Shown here one piece after another: positions 33,252-45,050 of a DNA stretch of 64,000 bases; within the stretch, counting starts at the first letter, position 1, and each line of letters starts with the position of its first letter. The DNA comes from Macrostomum lignano (Eukaryota). The notes under the pieces were generated by a model. That model ran no database searches, was not told the origin of the DNA, and worked only from the letters and a program-made list of their open reading frames with translations. The stretch spans positions 124,001 through 188,000 of the forward strand of contig NIVC01001190.1 in NCBI GenBank assembly GCA_002269645.1. Direction: 5' to 3'. A program made the translations under genes and the position numbers.

Positions 33252-34522
33252 TCATCTGCGCGGTGCTCGCGGTTGCACCTGTAACACATGGCGCTCTGTC
33301 GCCGCAGCTGATAGGGCGGCGGGCGTGAACTCGACTGCGGCTGCCGCTGCTGATGACGTTGACCTCCTGCTGGCGGCGTCTTTGGCGGCGGATTGCTGCC
33401 GTCTCCTGGTTGCTGAAGTCGATGGAACGGTTGCTGCGGCACTATTCGTGTGCCGGGTGTCGTAAATTGGGCGCTTCCGTCGGCGCTGCGGCGAGGAGTC
33501 GGGGGTACCAAACATCTGGAGCGCTGGCCCCACGAGTCCCGTGGCTGATGGCGAGGTTCCCATGGCTCCGGGGTGTCGTTATCGCGCGATCCCCGCGAGT
33601 AGAACTCTCGCATCTCATTACTCAAAGTCTCAAGTAGGCGTCGCTGCTCTTGCAGAGTCTCGGCCTGTTGTTCCATCACCTCACGCAACCAGTTTTCCTC
33701 GGGCCGAGATGACTTGGCGTCGTGTTGCACCCCAGTGGGCGTCTGACTGTCGTCATTCTCCAGGACCCGGACATGTCTCGCTGCTGGCGGCGGTGCTACA
33801 CGCTGAGCCAGACTAGCAGCTGTCTCCAGGCGTAGCACGGCCCTCCTCGCTGCGGTCAGATTCGGCGGTCGCACCAGGATGAGCTGTTCTCGGGCCGACT
33901 GAGCAATCCACACTCCCACAGTGAATTGATCCACCAGTTCAGCCTGCTTCTGAACCGGGGTAAAATTCGGGAACGCTCGATCGGCCAGAGCAATTAGTCG
34001 GTCGCCGTAGTCGTCAACATTCTCGTTCTTGCCCTGCTGGCAGCTTCGGAACTGCTCCCGGTACTCCAGCGTATCGGCAACATGCGTAAAGCGTTCAGAT
34101 AATCTCTTTTTGAACTCACCAAACGTCAGATTATCCGGCAACTCCATCCTAACGACTGCGGGGTAGGCTGTGGCGATGTCCAAATTCACGAGGACTTCCG
34201 CCTTCATTCGTCTGTCGTCAACGATCCCGTTGAGCTCGCATCGCTCTTCGAGAGCCTTGATCCAGACGTCGAATTCCTGGTTGGGCGTGTACCGCTGAAT
34301 CTTGACCGGTTTCGGCGCTGGAGCCCGATCCGGCTGCTGGGGCTGCTGGTACACATGATGGTGGTGTTGCGGCTGACCCAGGCTGGTCTGCTCCAGTCGC
34401 CGGCGCACTTCTTCGGTCACCGCGCGAATCATTTCGTCGTAGGTAGGTCTAGTTGTTGAGTTGTCGGGGCCTGCGGCGTCAGCTGTCGCATCCGCAGCCG
34501 TTGGACTAGTAGTTGAGGCCAT
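33137..34522 (-). CDS. Ty3/Gypsy Gag
   Basis: Open frame from MASTTSPT; capsid-like FDVWIKALEE...FKKRLSERF...QQGKNENVDDY; knuckle CYRCNREHRADECP; lies between PBS and pol. Confidence 0.85.
   Translation of the reverse strand: MASTTSPTAADATADAAGPDNSTTRPTYDEMIRAVTEEVRRRLEQTSLGQPQHHHHVYQQPQQPDRAPAPKPVKIQRYTPNQEFDVWIKALEERCELNGIVDDRRMKAEVLVNLDIATAYPAVVRMELPDNLTFGEFKKRLSERFTHVADTLEYREQFRSCQQGKNENVDDYGDRLIALADRAFPNFTPVQKQAELVDQFTVGVWIAQSAREQLILVRPPNLTAARRAVLRLETAASLAQRVAPPPAARHVRVLENDDSQTPTGVQHDAKSSRPEENWLREVMEQQAETLQEQRRLLETLSNEMREFYSRGSRDNDTPEPWEPRHQPRDSWGQRSRCLVPPTPRRSADGSAQFTTPGTRIVPQQPFHRLQQPGDGSNPPPKTPPAGGQRHQQRQPQSSSRPPPYQLRRQSAMCYRCNREHRADECPHRRSASTAPQRNGSSGNGTAGRAIGGSAIQQPSQH
33150..33200 (-). 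promoter_or_regulatory. Candidate -1 ribosomal frameshift signal between gag and pol
   Basis: G GGA AAC (plus strand 33194-33200) is in X XXY YYZ phase in gag; the -1 frame is the pol ORF (GKRDGW); gctgga...tccagc stem begins ~6 nt downstream. Confidence 0.65.
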
Positions 34523-34927
34523 AGCGTAGATTCTGAACGACTCGTCGAATGGGTTTTGACGTCTCGTTATCCCACTTAGCTGACCACCAGTGAGGTGGGG
34601 GTGGAGAAGAATTTGGGGTTCTTGGAATTCTTGAGTTTTTAAATTGGCTGACACCAGTGATGTGTGGCGGATTCCTTGTTTGAATTGCCGCCGGCGTGGT
34701 TGAAACACGAATAAAGCCGGAAAATCGCGCAGACGAATCACCACGAATTTCTTCTCCTTTTACTCCGACAGCCGGGGTCCTCAAATTCCGGGGGGGGGGG
34801 AGGGTAGTCCTGATCGTAGCAGAGCGGTCGTTAGAGCGGCACGGTCGTTCAGATGGTAGACACCGGAGATGGACACCGTAAATTAATGTGTCGAATTGCA
34901 GAGCTGATTACTGTCAGTAGGGTAGTT

Positions 34928-35537
34928 GCTGCCACCACCGTAATTTACGTATTACGGAACGTTTAATGGTCTCAGAGCTTTCTTTGAGATGAGATTTCGG
35001 TTATTTTACGCCCCACGGGCAAAGGATTCAAGATAGTCTATGGCTTATATTAACTGGATGAATATTAACGGATTAATTGACTGTCTGTTTATTATTAACG
35101 CAAAGAAAGTTACTAATTCAAGCAGGTTATTATTGTTAAGAAAATTAAGCTACCGACGGAAATGAGTTCGTGGGCGCCGGTGCGCTAGTAAACTAAGGAT
35201 GAATTAAACTGTAACTTAAACACACGAAAACACGAGGGGGAGGAGGGGGTTGAAGAAATTCAACCGAAGACATCACTTATTTATACAATGAAAATTATAA
35301 AAATTCCAGGTGTGGGGCCCGGACTCATCAACACCGGGGCCACGCACGGGTCCATATACTCAGGTTGTAAAACAAAAGCCGCAGGAATACACACAAAATT
35401 ATTAAAACTCAACCGGTGAAAATTTATATTGACCAACTAAGGAAAAACTATAACAATCAATGGTCCAAACACGGGGCCAACCGGGGAAAAAGGTGAGGTC
35501 ACCGTCTGCCGTTGGCCGCAAGGGTTGGAAACTTACA
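34928..35537 (-). mobile_element. 5' LTR (~600 bp) and PBS of the 31.5-35.5 kb Gypsy element
   Basis: Minus strand TGTAAG at 35537, TATAAATA (~35285), AATAAA (~35090), end TTACG (for TTACA) at 34939, then TGGTGGCAGC complementary to the 3' end of tRNA-Leu. No 3' LTR found. Confidence 0.55.
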
Positions 35538-35900
35538 AAAAGATGGCACGCAATTTAAAAAGAAAAAATTAAAAATATTATTAAATGGTGGCAACCCCAC
35601 TGCCACACATCTCGCCCGCCACAGAAGCCCCAGTGGTAGACCGGCCTACCACACTTAGCTAGAGTTCTGGCAGCAAAGCCAGTAGCCAGTTTTCTTATGG
35701 CTATGTTATTAGCCTAGATATAAGATCCAGCAGTGTTAGTTACACAGCTATTAGGGACTAGTTCTGGTGCTGGAACTCTAGCCATAACCAGCTGCATGAC
35801 TAGGCCTATGGCTAAAAGTATTTAATCATATGAGCTATATTATAACAGTTATAACCTGTTAGATATGACACAGCCACTGGTTATAACTAGTTCTCGCATT

Positions 35901-36312
35901 CCATTTTGCGGATGGTGGGGTGTACGCCGGAAAATTCCGGCGTACACTTGATTTCTGTGGCGTACACCAGCGTACATTTCTTGGCTGTGTACAGTGTGGC
36001 ATACAGTGTGATGTATGTGACTGGCGTAGAAATTAATATAAATAATTTTTTCGTGCTTTTTCTGTGTTAAGTTATTTCAAAAACCATTTTTTCTGCTTCT
36101 ATTTTCTCATTTATCAATCATTTTAATTACCGGAGTTGTCACGACAATCGTCATGTCGTTATCATTTTTTGTAGTCTAAATTTAAATTTAAACATTCGCT
36201 GATTTTTTTACTGTTTTTTAAGTTGGCGTACATTTAAAATCTGTTGGCGTACAATTATTGAAAATTCAATAAAAATGTGTCCCGCGTACACAGAAAACCT
36301 TCCGCAATATGG
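35901..36312. mobile_element. 412-bp MITE with 8-bp TSD (hAT/P/Mutator-type)
   Basis: TIR ccat(t/a)ttgcgga(t/a)ggt; ctcgcatt at 35893-35900 and 36313-36320; subterminal gcgtacac repeats. Confidence 0.9.
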
Positions 36313-37799
36313 CTCGCATTAGAACTAGTTCTCTAGCTGTCACAATGTAAATGGTATTAACTGTATTCATATGACTATAGAAGCCTAACTATAACTAGAA
36401 CATCTTATAGACATCATTGCCATTTCCATTTTTTATAATGATGGCAATGCTTAATTTATAATTTTGTATTTTAATTTTGTAAATGTTTATTACCATTTTC
36501 TAATAGCTATCAGTATAAACAAAATATTAACTGAGATACGAAAAAAGGTTCTAAAAATGCAGAATATTAGTTACTTAACAAATTACAAATATTTTAAAGA
36601 AGAAAAACTTAATACTTATATTAGCAACTTAACCGGACACTAGTATAAGAATATATTATTCAAAATATGAGTAAGAAGCTGTTAAAAACCAGACATATTC
36701 CCTACAAGTAGATAGTACTAGTAATATATATTTAACTGGACAAATAACAAAATGGCTATTTGTCTAGTAACCGGATGAATAACCATGTCACTATTCGTCC
36801 GGTCATCAGACAAATAACAATTGCCATAAAACAATGAAAATTCAAATAACATTTAGACTAAGTGTACATGGTGTATGCATATGGGGTTAAATATTATTAA
36901 ACAACAATAATTTTTTATTTAGGTTTCTTCATGCTTTTGCAGATATAAAAGTAAAGGCCTTAGTCCCAGCCAATTGCCATTGCCAGCTACCATGCAGGCA
37001 AGCTAGTAGCTGCTAGTTAAGCTACATAGTAATAGTACAACTATGCAAATGCAATTAATTGGAATAGGGGCAGTCCCTCTAAAATATAAATGACTTAAGA
37101 TTAGATACCTATAATAATTCTGCTTGTCTGAATGTTGTTATCCTAAAACCCTCTATACTCTTATGTCTTATTAGTCTTATTATAGAATACCCATTAGGCA
37201 TTATATTCTACTTATTCTTATAGGCCCTAGTAAAAATTGGCTAGCTAAGCTATATAGTCATAGATGTAATACAGCTATGCAATTAGAATTGGAAACTAAT
37301 ATTAATATAAATGTCTTGACTTGAAAGTCATTTTAAAATTGAAGATATGAAATAAACATTGTGACACTTTCAAGCACAGATGCTGAATTCCAAGGAGGGG
37401 GTTGTATGCTTAGGGTTCAGCTTAGTGGCAGATCCAGAGTTTTATTTGGAAGGAGGGGGGTAGAAGGGCAGTCCAAGTTTGGGGTGCCAACACGAGTGTA
37501 AGAGGCTCCAATTTTTAAGCTATGAAGCACAAAAATTGCATGTAGGGGCAAAGAACCAAGCTTAGAGGCACAAAAAATGCATATAAGGGGCAAAAAAGCA
37601 CATTTAGAGGGCACACATTTAGGTTTTTGGGGGGGGGGAATATGTTCAGTCAAGCTATTTTGGGGGGGGGTGCCTTGCCCCTGCCCTGCCCGCCCCTGCC
37701 CCTGGTTCAGCTTGATAATACAAGTGAATGTGTCAGCCAGCTCAGAAAGTAGAAAGTTTGGATTTTTATGCAAGTTAGCTATACATGAATTATAGCATA

Positions 37800-38580
37800 T
37801 CTCTACAAACTCTGTGTGTGTGTGTGTGTGTCTGTGTCTGTCTGTCTGTGTGTGGACAATTTTGATCGCTATGGACTCCCAAACCGCTCAACCAAATGAC
37901 ACCAAATTTTACACCCACCCTAAACTCACTACGGAGAATGTCTTAGGCTACCTTTAAATTTCCTAAATTTGAGTCTTCCTACCTAAAAGTGCAAAAAACT
38001 GCTCAAAATGCGCAATTTTTTTACTAAAGCCTCCTTAGCGCCGCTCCACTTCTACCGATCCTCTTCAAATTTGACACAATCAATTTTCAACTATTTTGAC
38101 ACAATCGTGTAAAATTTTGAGTCTCAAAGTTAATCCTGAATGGCGCTGTGCACTTTTAAAGTTTGGCTGTTTTTTTTCAGCGAGACAGCCACCCCAACCT
38201 CCGCCCGCCTGCCTCTTTCCCAATCTGGGCAAAGGGTGTAAATGGGTTTTAAAATGACTAACTTTCGGCTGCCATAAGTTTGCTCCACGTGAAGCGATTG
38301 ACTTCTAACTTAACACAATTCTTCTTTGATTCATTCTCTGTCTAAATGTAAAGTTTCAACTCTCTAACTCAATCAGAACAGAAACTGTAAGCATGTGAAG
38401 TTTGTCTCCTTTTTCTGTTGTTTGTGCCACTCACTCACTCACTCATTCCCCCAGAGCCAGACGAAGGGTCAGGCGATAGGACTGAATGTACATAGCAAAT
38501 GTACAGTGTTTTGGAATAACTTTATTTATAGCCTTCTCTGCACCCCGAGAGTGGAGAGGCTACGAGCCATGACAGTTTAG
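37800..38580 (+). mobile_element. Non-autonomous Helitron (Lep1/DINE-1-like)
   Basis: A|TCTCTAC start followed by (TG)n/(TCTG)n, accaaatttt motifs, small ggctacgagcc hairpin before TTAG|T; 3' end uncertain. Confidence 0.5.
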
Positions 38581-39019
38581 TGAGAAATCCTAACCACTGC
38601 CCTCCCCTCTGTATTGGCAAACTCTGCAGCAGTTTAACAGTGGATGGCAATTGGCAAATCGAGGGAATCCACTATCCAGCATGGTTTGTAAAAGCGAAAG
38701 ATTTATGAAAAGGCGATGCCATGCAATGCAATACAACCCTACTAAATTAGGCACACCATGGAAATTTTAGGTTTCTTTTAAAGGTAATATGAAAATTTTA
38801 AATGGCCTTCTAAGAAATGCGTATTTCCTTGGTTGTTAGACTGATACAGACTGTAGTGGAGCTGAAGATACACAAATTCCTTTCAGGGCTGCAAATTGGC
38901 AAGAAAGATAACGTGATCAAAGCATGAGAACAACCATGAGAGTACTACGTCCCACAAACTGGCTTTCCAAGCAGGGATGGGCAGACTTTTACCTCAAAGG
39001 CCAGATAAAGAATCCAGCT

Positions 39020-39751
39020 TATGGCTGAGGGGCAGATGAGAGTAGAAAGAAGAAGGAATAGACGATTCGAAGAGAGGAGAGGCGACAGAGGGGATAAAAG
39101 AAAAGATAAAAGATGATAGGAGAGATGAGGGGGTGAGGATGATGAGAGAGAAGGAGAGAAGAGGGGAGAGAAGAAAAGCGAGATGAGAGAGCAGAGAGCT
39201 GCAGATGAGAAGAGAGAGGAGACAGCAGAGAGGAGAGCAGAGAGGAAACAGGTGAAAGAAGAGACGAGAGAGTAAAGGGAAGAGAGAAGAGATAAAGATA
39301 CATCTCTACATCTCTAAGGTTGTAGAGATGAGAGAGGTGGAAGGAGAGATGAGAAATGAGAGATGAGAGATAACGGAGAGAGGAGAGTGGAGTGAGAGGA
39401 CAGAGGGAGACAGAGTATAGACAAGGGAAGAGAAGAGAAAAGGAGAAAGGAGAAAGGAAAGTGAGGAGTCAAAAGAGGGGAAAGAAAAGAGTACAGAGGA
39501 GAGAGGTGGGAGAGCATATAAGACAGAGATGCCAGATTAAAGAGGGGGATGAGAGAGCAGAGACGAGAGTGAACAGATAAAAGATGGGAGAGTAGAGAGA
39601 ACAGAGGAGAGGTTACAGAGACGAGAGGAGAGAGGAGAGACAAAGGTAGAGAAGTGCATGAGGAGAGAGGAGAGGAAAGAGGAGAATGGAGAGGGGAGAG
39701 AGTAGAGAGAGGAGGAGAGATAAGAGAGAAAGACAGAGAAGAGAGAAAGAC

Positions 39752-39833
<82 letters not shown>

Positions 39834-40195
39834 ACAGAGAGAAATGAGAAGAGATAAGAGAGAAAAGATAAAAGAAGAGAAAGGAAAGATGAGAGAGCAA
39901 AGACGAAAGAGAAAAGAGTAGCGGAGAGAGTTAAGAGAAGAGAGAAAAGAATAGAGAGGAGAAGGAAGAGAAGAGAAGAGATAAGAGGGGGAGAGAGGAG
40001 AGAGGAGAGGGGGAGAGAGGAGAGAGAAAATGAAAAAGTAGAGAGGAGAGAAAAGAGTAGAGAGAAGAGACAAGAGATGAGATAAGAGAGATGAAAGAGA
40101 AGAGAGATGAGGGAAGATACGAGAGAAGAGGGGAGAGAGGAGAGAGGAGAGAGGAAAGACGAGGGATGAGAGAGAAGAAAGGAACCAGAAGAGGC
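39020..40195. repeat. GA-rich low-complexity tract with a pure (GA)n core (~39760-39818)
   Basis: Read directly from the sequence. Confidence 0.9.
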
Positions 40196-41002
40196 GATAG
40201 AAATTTTAAAGGATCCAAGGGACATAGGGAGAGTCAGGGAGAGGCCAGAGTTTGCCAATACATGTTTTAGAGTCAGACAGACATTACCTGACATTCTGTG
40301 CAGTACCCCAGCTAACAATATCAATGTTTGCCTCAAATCCTTACACGAATGTGTCCATTTTATGTCTACCTCTATCCTACTAACTATTAACAAGTTTTTG
40401 TTTGTGTATGGCCTTAGATTTCAGAATTTCTGGGGATTCTCAGTTCCGGGGATTGGAATTCCCCGGGTTCAAAATCGGCGGGTTTCAACAGCTTGTATAT
40501 TATAAATGAAATTAATAAGTTAAACTTATGTTATGATTAAAAACTTTATAAATGCTGCAAAATTAACATGCTAAAAATGATAATTTTTGCTTATTTTACA
40601 TTGTAGATAAAGTTCAAGGTGAAATTCAAGAAATTTTAACTAGTTTTTTGAAACAAACAGTAGTCTAAGCATGACTTCATGAGCCTTATGATTTTTGTTT
40701 GTTTATTATTGAATAAGCTGCATGGCAGTCTGAAGAAACTTAATGTTATCTATATCTGAAATATCTATATCTGAAAATCTATACTTAGTGCACATAGTCA
40801 GCAGAGCCTTATATCTTTAAGTGGCACTAGGCCCAGGGCAAAGGGGCACATGTGTCATGTACCTTCATAAGCTGCATTTTGAGGCCTAAAATTAAAAAGC
40901 ACAAAAAATCACTGTGTTAACTCATTTTCTAGGGAATGGGACATTACATAAAAAAATTATGTCAAATAGTCTTATTTAGTTATGAACTTCTTAAAAGTAG
41001 TT

Positions 41003-41374
41003 TTAAAAAAGGTCAACACTGACAACTCTGGCCTGTTGCCAGGTTTGATCTGGCTCATAGTAAGTGGCCACCAATTTGCCTGGGCAAAGGTTGCAGCCTA
41101 GCGGATGGTCAGGCTTCAAACCGTTGTAGTATTCAACCATCGAGCAGACCAGGTTGCTCAGACTTCTGCTCTGTTCGTTGTTGCACAGCAAGTAGAAAAC
41201 CAAGGGATCGTCGCCTACAACCGACACGCAGACACTTATAGGTTCGTTGGTGGCTGGGAATGCAGCGAACCTAACAGGGAATGGAGGCTGGGGCGGCTGC
41301 TGAGGTGGCGGCTGGGGCTGCTGGGGTGGCAGCTGGGGCTGCTGAGGCTGCTGAGGCGACAAATTGTTGAGCAC
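41003..41374 (-). CDS. Extended Tudor-domain exon/fragment (TDRD-like) with N-terminal PQ repeat
   Basis: VCVSVVGDDPLVFYL...LSNLVCSMVEYYN...PGKLVATYYEPDQTWQQARVVSV follows the extended Tudor pattern (V..V..P..FY; G...A.Y..D..WYRA.V); stops before the FVDYG strand. Confidence 0.7.
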   Translation of the reverse strand: MLNNLSPQQPQQPQLPPQQPQPPPQQPPQPPFPVRFAAFPATNEPISVCVSVVGDDPLVFYLLCNNEQSRSLSNLVCSMVEYYNGLKPDHPLGCNLCPGKLVATYYEPDQTWQQARVVSVDLF

Positions 41375-41411
41375 TTTTGCTCATTCAGTACCAATTTTTA
41401 CTTTTAGTAGG

Positions 41412-42197
41412 GGCTCATTCCATATAAGCATGGTCGTAACATGACAGGTTATTTTTACTTATAAAATGAAATCTAATAATAGAATATACTAAACCAATAT
41501 TTTAAATGAAAGATTATTTTGTCTATAATATATTTATAGAGTTTCATATAGATATCATCATTAGTATAGATGCTATTAAACCTTAAATGACACTTATGGT
41601 CGTAACGATAGGATTTTTGACATATAGAAACTAAAAGGTAAAAGTCTTATAACATTTTTCATTTTTGATATTTTGCAATACATTTTTAAAATTTGACTAA
41701 GAACATCTTTAGAAATCATACTCTTTTATTAGAATATATAAACTCAAAAGGCAACAAAGATACAAAAGAAAAGGCAGCCTTATGGTCGTAACATTATGGT
41801 CGTAACATATTTTTTTCTGTCAATTCAGTAACTTTGAGGTACTAATACATTAAAAATATAATAGATTATTTGGTCACCAATGCTTTTATCTGATGATGCA
41901 AGTACTATACTTTTATCTATAGTTTGTTTCAACCTTCAAAAGCTTTCTATTTGTTTTTAAAAGGTACAAAATCTTAATGATGTCTTTTGCTTCGAAAAAT
42001 GTCCAAATTTTTACAAAAATGACTTTTTGCCAATTGATAACATACTAATTCAACATTTTACCATTCCTTTATTCTTAGATTGTATATATTGCACAATATA
42101 AACATTTGGTAAAAAAATAGGCTAATTAGGCAATGGCAAGCAAAAATATTGACTTTTTTCTGTTTTCCAAATATGTCAATCTTATATGGAATGAGCC
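41412..42197. mobile_element. 786-bp MITE
   Basis: Perfect 17-bp TIR ggctcattccatataag / cttatatggaatgagcc, flanked by tagg on both sides; four internal atggtcgtaac motifs. Confidence 0.88.
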
Positions 42198-42845
42198 TAG
42201 GGACTTAATGAGATAAATAGAAATGTGACCAATTGGGAAAAATTTTTTAACAATAGGCACATGAATTGATTGATTGAGTTTTTGAATAGTTAGCAAAGTA
42301 TTTGCTTTGCAATGTTTATCATTGGTAGATTTATTTATATTTATCTATATATTTAAATGTACTAGAGTGGTTCTTATTTAGCAAAGGTTTGAATTTCAAA
42401 TTGGATGGCCCTTATTTCTATTCCCAACAGCAGTAAACTGAAATTCCTAAAATATGAAGTCAATCAAAACTAATTAAAACAGTCTTTATCATCCGATAAT
42501 TGCATTTTTTTGTTTTAAAATGACGTTAAAAAATCTGTTTTTTCTTTGTTATTTGCATGGGCATATTTTGGTGAATACCTTTCTCGGACATTGGGAAGGA
42601 CCTGTAAGTGGGCAACGAGAAAATCCCTTTTCTTGTTTTCCCTAAGTCCCATTGCTTTTGAGGCCACCCCCTAAAATTAACGAACAGTTCTAGGAAAGGA
42701 CTTTGAAAATGCACAAAGAATAAATGATGGATAAAACAAACTCAGGTAAAAGGGAAAGCTAATATGCATCAGTAGGATTTTTAAAGAAATCAGCTTTGCT
42801 AATTGCTTTTCATGACGCCTGCAGCCCCGAGCTAAAGAACTTAGC

Positions 42846-43515
42846 ATGGGCCAGAAAAGCTCTCACCTGAGTATGCTGCACGTGTCCCTAATGGACCTGC
42901 GGGGTTACAAAGTGAAAGTGTTAGAACTGCCGCCCAGTCAGCTAACTACTGCCATACTACGCCAAACTAACAAATACTTATTGCGCTTACATCCAGAGAA
43001 AATGGACTTAGTTGGCCGTCACGATGGCATTCAAGTCTGCGAGATCAGTTACTTTCATATTCGAGCACTTAACCAGCTGGGTAGAGTTGTTATTATTAGT
43101 CTGGGCCGGTCCAGCTGCTTTGGTGAAGGTAAAATGACTTTACGCTGCAGTAAAACTCTATACAGCAGCCTCATCTCGTCCAGCTTCAAAGGTAGAGCTC
43201 AACGACTGTCCACCGAGGTGTCCTTTCTGTCGTCTTCAAATTCGTCGTCATCGTCTTATCGACGGCAGAGACTATCGGCGCCGATTATGACACAACAACA
43301 GCAGGCCTCGCCAATGCTGGCTCCGACATCGTCGGTTGCGCAAGATCGACTGACCAGCATCTCCGCTTCGAGTTTTGAGACTCTGACGACAACTCCGCCG
43401 TCGACGCGTTGTCGAATAACTGACATCGGCCAGACTAGCCGACGCAGCAGCAACAGACAAAATGGCAATGATGAGACTGCAGAGGATTTGGACGGCTATT
43501 TACTGATGATGCCTG
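42846..43515 (+). CDS. Exon 1 of an IRS/DOK/FRS2-family docking protein (myristoylation motif + IRS-type PTB)
   Basis: MGQKSS fits MGxxxS; KYLLRL...HIRALNQLGRVVIISLGRSSCFGEG matches the IRS-PTB GRxxxxGxG pattern; Ser-rich linker; DGYLLMMP (YxxM); donor g|gttagt at 43516. Confidence 0.8.
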
Positions 43516-43561
43516 GTTAGTTTTTTATCTGTTATTGTTTGCCTGTTAAACTAATAATGTC

Positions 43562-43791
43562 AATGATAATAATAATTGATTACACCTGCCCCAATCGGGC
43601 CAGATGTGCAACTGACAGCTAAAGGCTGCTTACGGCTGTTCTCTCCAGAAAATGGGGGAGGGGGTCGCCACACACCCTCAATTACCCCAGCTAATGCTAC
43701 AAGGACACAAATTGTTCCATTGGGATCGGGAATTGAACCCCCGACGTTCAAGTCGTAAATCCGACGCTCTGACCACTAGGCTGTAAACCCC
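43562..43791 (-). mobile_element. tRNA-derived SINE, antisense within the docking-gene intron
   Basis: A box tagtggtcagagc, B box ggttcaattcc, then gtgtccttg body motif and an (ATT)n-like tail. Confidence 0.75.
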
Positions 43792-43991
43792 TCACTATGC
43801 TTTAAGGATTTTTTAAAGACGTGCTGTCATTGTCACATTTTGAGTAACCTGTAAACATTGATTCTGTAGACTGTTGCAACATCTGTGCCTCAGAGAGGTT
43901 CAGTAGTGTGTAAAGAGTATTGTAGAGACTAAATGGCAGTGTCATTCCAGCGCTTAAAACGGTCTCAAAAATGACTCAAAAATTTTCGCAG

Positions 43992-44194
43992 GCAGCAGAC
44001 GTGCTTCTACATCTGCCACATCAGCCGGCAGTTCAGCAACTCCGTCAGGCCGTCACAGTGCAGCAGCAGCAGCAGTCGGCCTCCCCGCTGTCATCGCAGA
44101 CGAATACGTTCTGCCTAGTTCGGGTAGGTATGCGCAGATAGACTGGTCTCAGGTGATGCAGGACTCGCTTCAGTATCTAGAGCCTCTTTATTGA
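43992..44194 (+). CDS. Exon 2 of the docking protein (Tyr-motif tail)
   Basis: Acceptor aattttcgcag; phase 1 matches exon 1; reads GSRRASTS...DEYVLPSSGRYAQIDWSQVMQDSLQYLEPLY*, stop at 44192-44194. Confidence 0.75.
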
Positions 44195-44384
44195 AACAAG
44201 CGAAGGAGGTAAAGCTTAGCTAATTAAACTAGCACTTCAACATAAAACAAGCGACAATTTTAAGTACATTACTCCCTGAGAATTAGGACAGGGAGAGAAT
44301 TCGGCACGCTTTGAAGAGCAGGTCGCGTCTGCAAGAATTGGGACACGAGTCTCAACACGAACCTCTCTGAGGCACAGATGTATC

Positions 44385-45050
44385 CCACACACACACTCAA
44401 CCCTAGAATCCCATGCTCTTGAGATCCCACACACACAGCCCTAGAATCCCATACTCTTGAGATCCCACACACAGCCCTAGAATCCCATACTCTTGAGATC
44501 CCACACACACAGCCCTAGAATCCCATACTCTTGAGATCCCACACACACAGCCCCAGAATCCCATACTCTTGAGATCCCACACACACAGCCCCAGAATCCC
44601 ATACTCTTGAGATCCCACACACACACTCAACCCTAGAATCCCATACTCTTGAGATCCCACACACACACTCAACCCTAGAATCCCATACTCTTGAGATCCC
44701 ACACACACACTCAACCCTAGAATCCCATACTCTTGAGATCCCACACACACACTCAACCCTAGAATCCCATACTCTTGAGATCCCACACACACACTCAACC
44801 CTAGAATCCCATACTCTTGAGATCCCACACACACACTCAACCCTAGAATCCCATACTCTTGAGATCCCACACACACACTCAACCCTAGAATCCCATACTC
44901 TTGAGATCCCACACACACACTCAACCCTAGAATCCCATGCTCTTGAGATCCTACACACACAGCCCTAGACCCCATACTCTTAAGACCCAAACATAGCCCC
45001 AGAATCCCATACTCGATTTTGAGATCCCACACCAAAACACAGCCCTAGAA
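44385..45050. repeat. ~36-40-bp minisatellite (ccctagaatcccatactcttgagatccca(ca)n)
   Basis: Read directly; the (CA)n inside the unit varies in length. Confidence 0.95.

Noticed and set aside
43715-43791. Possible tRNA gene
   Set aside because: A and B boxes are present but the acceptor stem does not pair convincingly and the sequence continues into a SINE body and tail.
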